A DNA stretch of 64,000 bases from Rubripirellula sp. Lineage in GTDB: Bacteria; Planctomycetota; Planctomycetia; Pirellulales; Pirellulaceae. Positions 48,416 through 57,400 of this stretch are shown here, piece by piece. The stretch spans positions 1,312,001 to 1,376,000 of the forward strand of contig OZ244207.1 in the NCBI GenBank assembly GCA_965216875.1. Direction: 5' to 3'. The position numbers and the translations under genes are program-made. How positions within the stretch are numbered: position 1 is the stretch's first letter; the number at the start of each line of letters is the position of its first letter. The notes beneath the pieces were generated by a model. That model was given only the letters and a program-made list of their open reading frames with translations, was not told the origin of the DNA and did no database searches.

Positions 48416-51400
48416 CTACGGCAGGATCGTGAAGAAGCGGCCGCGGAATTGTGCGAAGTCGAGCAACGGCGTGTTCGGGTTATCGTCGAAATCGAACAAG
48501 TAGTCGCCATTACCGTTGGTGAAGTAGTCACGGAATCGTGCGAAGTCGAACAAGTCAACATCTTCGTCTCCATCCTGGTCGCCAAAGAACCTGAAGAAGT
48601 CGTCGACAGCGTTGACACCTGGTGCGGGACCGTTGGCATCGGTTCCAAGTTTCGCGCCGTCGATGAGAAGTCGATACCGGCCATCTTCCAGCATCGGCAA
48701 AATACCGGGCTGGTTCTCCGAAAGATCTTCGATCAATACCGTTCCCGTGAAGCCAAGCACGACGACTTGCTTGCCACCAACGACCTGTGAGCTGAGAACG
48801 GTCAGCCCAACCTGAGTTCCTGGTGAGACCGATGTCGATTCGACAAGGAAGCTACCGTCGGTGACTGGACCGGTTGGGATATTGATCGGGCCACTAAAGA
48901 CGACTTCGATTTGGCGAATGATTGAGCGTTGCCCAGTATTGCCTGGCGAGTGATTGCTTTCGGTTGTTGGATCATGGTTGAAGTAGACGATGCTTTCGAC
49001 AATGGGCGTCGGTGCAGCGTCGTCGTTGACGATTGTTCCGACACCTTGGGAATCTGCAAAGGCAACGTCTCGTCCAAGTGCATTCAAATTGCTGAGATCG
49101 GCAAAGAAGTCTTCATCGGGTTCCACATCCGTGTCGCCGTTGATCGTGACGGTGAATGTTTGCGTTTCGCCAGCGTTTCCTGCAAAGTTGAGTGTTGCTG
49201 CGTTGACAACATAGTCGTTGTTTGCAGTGGTCGCTGTGCCATCGGCGGTATCGGCATCGACCGAGATAGCGACATCGACTTCGGCGTCGAGCGTCACGGT
49301 GAACGTGAAGAGTGTGTCTCCAAGATCGCCTTCCTCGAGCACAACGTCGTCGATCGAGATGGTGGCCGAATCGTCATTGACGATGGTTCCTTCGCCCGTC
49401 GGGTCGACGATCGAAGCTGCGCGTCCGAGGTTGGTAAGGTTGCCGATCGTAACGAAGAAGTTTTCATCAAGTTCAACCTTTTCGTCACCGTTGACATCGA
49501 CTGTGATCGTGCCTGAGGTATCGCCGGCCGTGATGTTGAGCGTTCCCGATGTTTGTGTGTAGTCACTATCGGACGAGGTTGCGGATCCCGCGGAGCTCAA
49601 GAAGAACATCGAAATATCGACGTCAATCGGGTTGGTCAGCGTGACTGGGAACACAAAAGGCTTGCTGGCCGTATCACCTTCCTCGTCAACCACATTGCCG
49701 ATCGAGATCGTTGATGCGTCGTCGTTGGTAATCGTTCCGGTCGCGCTATCCGTTGCGGAAACGTTGTAGCCCGCACCCGATGCGACGGACAATGTCACGG
49801 TCTCGTTCAACTCAACCGTTGAGTCAACGGTTGGGTCCACAGTGACGACCGTGGTTGATTGGCCCGCCGCGAAGGTGATGGTTCCGGCGTCGGACGCGGT
49901 GTAGTCGGTTCCGCTGGTTGCCGTTCCGGTGGTGTCGAAGTTGATGGTCAGCGGAGGTGATTGTGCGCCAGCGTTACTTCGGGTGAAGGTGTAGGTGAGC
50001 ACACCGGCAGCATCTTCGAGAATCGAATCTGGATTCACGGCGACCGAGACATCTGAAATATCATCGTTGAGGATCGTACCCGTTGCTGCGTCAGCGCTGC
50101 CGATGTTGTAGCCGGCACCCGCCGCAACGGTCAGGGTTACGCTTTCGTCAGGTTCGACTTCGGCGTCAACGGTTGGGTCGACGGTCACGACCGTGGTCGA
50201 TTGACCCGCCGCGAAGGTGACTGTTCCGGCGTCGGACGGCGTGTAGTCGGTTCCGCTGGTTGCCGTTCCGGTGGTGTCGAAGTTGATGGTCAGTTGCGGC
50301 GATTGTGCGCCAGCGTTACTGCGCGTGAAGGTGTAGGTGAGCACACCGGCAGCATCTTCAAGAATCGAATCTGGATCGACGGCGACCGAGATATCTGAAA
50401 TATCATCGTTAAGGATCGTTCCCGTTGCTGCGTCCGCGCTGCCGATGTTGTATCCCGCACCCGCCGCAACTGTCAGCGTGACGCTTTCGTCAGGTTCGAC
50501 TTCGGCGTCAACGGTTGGGTCGACGGTCACGACCGTGGTTGATTGGCCCGCCGCGAAGGTGACGGTTCCGGCGTCAGACGCGGTGTAGTCGGTTCCACTG
50601 GTTGCCGTTCCGGTGGTGTCGAAGTTGATCGTCAGCTGCGGCGATTGTGCGCCAGCGTTACTGCGCGTGAAGGTGTAGGTGAGCACACCGGCAGCATCTT
50701 CGAGAATCGAATCTGGATCGACGGCGACCGTGACGTCTGAAATATCATCGTTCAGGATCGTTCCCGTTGCTGCGTCCGCGCTGCCGATGTTGTAGCCGGC
50801 ACCCGCCGCAACGGTCAGGGTTACGCTTTCGTCAGGTTCGACTTCGGAGTCAACGGTTGGATCCACGGTGACGACCGTGGTCGATTGCCCCACCGCGAAG
50901 GTGACTGTACCGGCGTCGGACGCGGTGTAGTCGGTTCCACTGGTTGCCGTTCCGGTGGTGTCGAAGTTGATCGTCAGTTGCGGTGATTGTGCGCCGGCGT
51001 TGCTGCGTGTGAAGGTGTAGGTGAGCACACCGGCAGCATCTTCGAGAATCGAATCTGGATCCACGGCGACCGAGACGTCCGAAATGTCGTCGTTGGTGAT
51101 CGTACCTGTTGCCGAATCAACGCCGCCCACGTCGTAGCCAGCACCGGCAGCGACGGTCAGGATCACGGTTTCGTCCGGTTCGACTTCCGTGTCGGCAGTT
51201 GGGTCGATTGTGATGGTTGCCGTCGACTGTCCGGCTGCGAAGCTGAGGGTCGCAGCGTTCCCGGAGTAATCCGTTCCGGCGGTCGCCGTTCCCGTTGTGT
51301 CAACGTTGATTGTCAAACCGGGCGATTCGCCAGACGTATTACTTCGTGTGAAGGTGTAGGTCAGGACATCGGAGCCGTCTTCGAGAACGGATGTTGGGTC

Positions 51401-54400
51401 GACGGTAACGGTAACGTCAGAAACATCGTCATTGGTGATGAGGCCGGTTGCCGAGTTAGGTCCGCCCACGCTGTAGCCTGTTCCCGACAAGACACTCAAG
51501 ATGACGGATTCATCGGCTTCGACAATCGCGTCAGGCGTTGGGTCGATCGTGACGGTGGCGGTCGATTCACCCGTTGCGAAGGTAAGGGTTCCGGAGTCGC
51601 TTGCTGAATAGTCAACGGCCGCGGTTGCCGAGCCTGCGGTGGCAAAGTTAATTGTCAGCGGCGGTGTTTCAGCCGTGGTGTCGCTTCGCGTGAAGGTGTA
51701 GGTAAGTGCGCCGGATGCGTCTTCGAGAATGGAGCTTGGGTCAACGGTGACATTCACGCTCGATTCATCATCATTGAGAATCGTACCCGTCGCTGATGAA
51801 GGTGCGCCGATGTTGTAACCCGCTCCAGCGAGAACCGTTAGCACAACGGTTTCATCGGGTTCGACGTCGGTGTCGGCCGTCGGGTCGATCGAGACTTGAG
51901 CGGTACTCGATCCAGGTGCGAAACTGACGATGGTGCCGGCCGTGTTGACGTAGTCACCTGCCGATGCCGTTCCGCCAGTGCCGAAGTTGACCGAAAGCGG
52001 TATGCCAATGTCGCCGGTGCGAGTGAAAGTAAAGACCAGATCCTCGGTGCCATCTTCGTCAACTGCGATTGGGTCAACAGCGACCGAGACAAGCGACACA
52101 TCATCATCATTCAAGATCGTGCCCACTGCTGAATCAGGCGAACCGACGTTGTAGCCGGCGCCAGCAGTCACCGTAAACTCCACCGTTTCATCTGGTTCGA
52201 CGGTTGCGTCTGGCGTTGGGTCGACGGTCACCACGGCGGTCGATTCACCTGCGGCGAAGGTGACGCTGCCGGTCGCGCTGGCGGCATAGTCCGTTCCGGC
52301 CGTCGCTGTTCCGTCGGTTGTAAAGGTCGCTGTCAATGTCGGCGTTTGTGCTCCGACATTGCTGCGCGTGAAGGTGTAGGTCAGCAGGCCTGCGGCGTCT
52401 TCCGCGATCGATGCTGGGTCGACCGAGACGGAAACTTCACTGACATCGTCGTTAACGATTGTGGCCGTTGCACTTCCATTGGTGCCGATGGAGTAGCCAC
52501 CGCCAGCGATCAGAGAGATGGTGACCGATTCGTCAGGCTCAACCAATGCATCCGCGGTCGGGTTCACGGTCACAGTCGCTGTGTCAGCACCCTGGGCAAA
52601 CACGACAGAGCCACTGGGGCTGGTCGTGTAGTCGGAACCATCGGAAGCGGTTCCGGAGTTGCTGATGTTTGCCACCAACGCGGGCGTTTCGGCACTGACG
52701 TTCGTTCGCGTGAGCGTGTAGGTCAACACACCTGCTGCGTCTTCGTCAATTGATGTTGCGTCGACGGTGATTTCGACAGTGCTTGAGTCATCATTAAGAA
52801 TCGTGCCGGTAGCTGAGTTCGGGCTGCCGACGTCGTAGTTCGAGCCGTCGGAGATTGTCAGGATGACGGTTTCGTTCGGTTCGACAATTGCATCATCATT
52901 CGGCGAGACGGTGACGGTTGCCGTGTTCGCACCGACGTCGAAGGTCACTGTGCCCGAGATGTCAATGGTGTAGTCGGTTCCCGCGGTTGCCGTTCCGCCG
53001 GTGGTGTACGACACGGTCAATGCGGGCGTTTCGCTGGTCACATCGGTGCGCGAGAAGACATAGGTAATGTCCGTGCCTGAGTTTTCGAGCACAGCTCCAC
53101 TGCCAAAGGTTGAAACGGTGACGGTGCTGGTGTCGTCGTTTGTGATCGTTCCCGTTGCCACCGCCGTTCCGCCGACGACATAGCCCGATCCTGCGACCAC
53201 GGTAAGGATCACGGTTTCGTCGGGTTCAACATTTGCATCTGCGGTTGGGTCTACCGTGACAATTGCGGTTGCTGAGCCAGGGGCGAAGTTGACCGTGCCA
53301 GTGACCGTTTGTGTAAAGTCACCGGCTGACGCCGTGCCGGTTGTCGTGAAGTCAACCGCCAGCGGGCCGGTTAGGTCACCGTTTCGCGTGAAGGTGTAAA
53401 CCAGATTGTCCGTGCCGTCCTCGGTGACACTCGTCGGCGCCACATCGACAGTGACTTCAATCAGCGAATCGTCATCGATGATGGTGCCGGTGGCGCTCTG
53501 GTTGGGGCCGGGAAGGAATTCGGTCCCTGGGTCGAGGGTGATGATGACGGTTTCGTCGGGTTCGATCAGCGTGTCGACTGTTGGGTCGATTTCGATCGTC
53601 GCCGAGTTTTCGCCAGCGGCAAAGGTCACCGATCCGGTTGCCGTCGATGAATAGTCCGTTCCCAATGTCGCTGAACCTGTAATGAGAAGGTCCACGGCGA
53701 GCGACGGTGTTTCTGGTCCGACGCTGTCTCGAGTGACCGTGTAGACCATCACCCCGTCGGCGTCCTCGATGATGGAAGTCGGGTCCACGGAAATGTTGAC
53801 CGTACTGCGGTCATCATTGACGATCGTGCCAGTAGCACTGTCGGTTGGATCAATGTTGTAGCCAGTGCCGGGTGCTGCTGAAGCGATAACCGTTTCATCG
53901 GGTTCGACGAGCGCATCCGCGGTTGGGTCAACACTGAGGATGACGGTTCGTTGACCTGCGCCGAAGGTGAGCGTCGCAGGCGACGGAGCGCTATAGTCGT
54001 TTGCGGGATTGGCTGTGCCAGCCAACGAGAAATTGAAAGTGAGTTCAGGCGATTCGAGGCTGAAATTGTCGCGCGAGAATTCGAACTCCAAATTGCCGGG
54101 ATCGTCTTCGGTGGCCAGACTGGACACGACCTGAACAATCACCGTGCTTTGGTCATCGTTTTCGATGGTGCCATCGGCGGCCGCAGTCGAAATGGTTGCC
54201 GGGGCCGAAGCGTTGCTGAGTGTTACCGTAAACGTCTCGTCAAACTCGACGATCGGATCGTCAGAAACGCTGACCGTGATGACCTGGCTCGTCTCGCCAT
54301 CAGCAAAGTTGACGGTGCCAGTGGGAAGGACGCTGCCGACAAAATCACTGGCGTTCGCTGGGTTTGCCCCGCTGCCAGTGACCGCAAAGTCAACGCTTGT

Positions 54401-57400
54401 GCTGCCGACGGTATCGCCTGTTCGAGTGACGGTGAAAGTGAAGTCCGTTTGACCAAGTCCACCTGCACCTTCCTCCTGAACCGCGTTGGTCGGCGCAATT
54501 GCAAGTTGGGTGCCAACCGGCGCGGTGTTCGAATCACCTGGCGTGGCCAGGATGCCGCCGCCACCAATCGTGTTGTGGTCAACGATGTTCGCGATGTCAC
54601 CATCGGGGCTCAGTGCACGAGATGTTCCGTCGGTGTCATTGCCAAAATCGAGGACGGCGCCGAGTCGTGTCGCGGTTGATGAGAATCCAACGTAGTCTCC
54701 AGCGGGCGGAGCCTCAGGTGTGTCGGTTGCATTGCCGTTGTAGATCGCCTGGATGTACTGGTCGGCCGCTGGGTCGTAGACAACAAGGTTGTCGCCACCG
54801 TTGCTAAGCGAAAGGTTCCCGCCAGCAGAAAAGGCATGGCTACCACTCGGGACGCTTGGCAAGACTCCCGTACCGTCAATGTTCGCCACGACAACCACGA
54901 AACCATTGGCGCCCAAAGTGGTCGACGCGGGCACGGTGAAATAGTTGTCGCTGTCTTCGTCCCAGAATTGCAGGCCGCTGATGTCGAGCGGAGCTCCGGT
55001 TGTGTTGTAGAGTTCCAGGAACTCATCGTCGGTTTCGGCGGTCCCGTCGCCATCAGTGTCAAAATTCAATGAGCCACTGTTCGGGTCTGGAAGCACTTCG
55101 TTGAAGACAAGTGAACCCAGCACACTCTGGGCAAGTCCGACACCGGTGACGTCAAAGTTGTAGGGGTTTTCGTCGGCATCGTCGTTGACCAGTTCGATCG
55201 TTGCATTTCGAACCCCATCGGCCGAAGGGTCGAACGTGACGGTAAAGGTCGCCGAAGCGCCGACTGCGATCGGCGCGGAGCTGAACCCGCTGACGACAAA
55301 GTCGCCTGCGTTGGCCCCTGTCACATTGGCTGCGGTGACATTCAAAGGGGCGGTGCCGAGGTTTTGAATCGTGAAGACATTTGCGACGCTGCCGCCCGCT
55401 GTGAGTCTCGAGCCAAAGTCGGTGCCGTCGGCAAGCGAAGGCGTGACATCTCCGTCGACAATGTCCGTCGCCGGCGTACCACCTTGGACGTTGATCTCGG
55501 GGATGGCCAGCACCGTGCCATTGCCCGTTACGGCAAAGTCATACGGGTTTTCGTCGGCGTCATCGCTGGCGATGTTGATCGTTGCGTTGCGGACGCCATT
55601 GCCTGATGGGTCAAAGGTGACCGTGAAGGTGGCCGTTGAACCGATGGCAATGTTGCCGGGGGTGAAACCGCCAACCACAAAGTCGGCAGCGTTGGTTCCT
55701 GTGACCGTGATTCCGGTCACGTCCAACGGTCCTGTGCCCAGATTCTCAATCGTAAAGGTGTGGACGTCCGATGCACCGGCAGTCAGCACGTCACCAAAAT
55801 CGGTGTCGTCAAGTGTGGACGGTGTGGTGTCGCCATCGACGATATCGAGACCACCGCCTTGGACGTTGATTTCGGGTGTCGGCACGCCCGCAAAGGTCGG
55901 GTTGGTTTGGCCGAGATGGTTGGTGATGACCTCGCCAGGCAAGTACGCCGGGTTGGTCGCAGAGACGATCTCGAAATCGGTGAGCGGACTGAGGGGGGCC
56001 GTTTGGAACGCAACCCAATCTGCCGGATCTGATCCTGTGGTGTCGCCCACTCGCATGACGTGATTGATGTTGTCTGCACCGAATCCGGTGTCAATCACGA
56101 CGCCGCCCGCTTCGACAATTCCATCGGCATCGCCAGAGAAAGCGATGGTCGAGTAGGCGCGATCGGTGGCGCCCCCGTCGAGCACACCGACGCTGTCAAG
56201 AATGGTCCAACCCGTGGGCAAGGCGTCGAGTCCGTTATCGTCGGCGTCCAAGTCCTGGCCTCCGACTGGAGCGACTCCACCAGCGGCGGTGTCAACGTGG
56301 ACGATCACGGCCGTGTACGACGCGTTTTCGACATCCAAACCTGGGACGCTCAATACCGTAGCTGCGGGATCAATCGTGTAAGGATGACTCGTTGCCCCAT
56401 CGTCATCGACGATTGCGAGGAAGCCATTACTGCCAAGCGACGTGCCAGAGAGGTCAACAACATGATTGGTGTTGATTGTGCCAAGATTGGAGCCCGAGTC
56501 GCCTTCGAGGAAGACAACAAACACATCATCTAGCGATTGGTTTGCTTCGCCACGAAGCTCGACGTATTCGTTTGGATTATCGGGTGCACCGTCAAGGTCG
56601 ACGACGACTTCGTTTAGATAAACTTCCGGCGGCGCAGTGACGCCAGATCCAGCGAGAATCGTCGACGCATCGCCAAACGTCCAAGCACCACGCCCAAGTG
56701 TTCCGGCGACCAATACATCGTCGGTGGCGTTATAGATCAGGTCGTACACCAGCACGTTAGGAAGGTTGTTTCCAACTTCGGCCCACTGACCCAGATTGTC
56801 CAACTTGGAAATGAACGTGCCTTGATTGGCTCCGACCGCGATCGCACCAACCGTTCCTGGAATGAAGGTGATCGATTGCAATGCCGCACCGGCGATGGAC
56901 ATCAGATTGCCGGTGATGTCCGTCCAGATGCCGCCAGCGTCGGTCGTTTGGAAGACCGAGTTGTTGTCGATCGCAAACGCGTTGGCCCAATCATCCGAAT
57001 TCATGATCACATCACGAATGTCGGAGGATGAGCTGGAGTCGGGGTCGGAAAAGGTGACGGGACCACCACCGGTGGTTCGGATCGCAATGTCGTCTCTTTG
57101 GGCCGCGTAGAAAACATCGGCGTTAGGTGTTCCGCTTTGGAATCCGCCGTACGCGACGCCGTCTTGCAAGAACCCAAGGAACGAAGAGGCGACTTGGCCC
57201 ATGGTGTCGCCTTGGTTGAACGATTCGTAGATGCCATTGTCGCCAAGGATCAGGAGGCGATTGGGATCGACCGCATTGAGTTCAACCGGTGTCTTGAAGG
57301 CGGGGTCAAAGGCGGATCCGCTGGTGACCGTACGCGATGGGAAATCGGTGTTGATCAGATTGTTGTTGGCATCCCAAGTGGTTCGGCGGAAGCCACCGAG

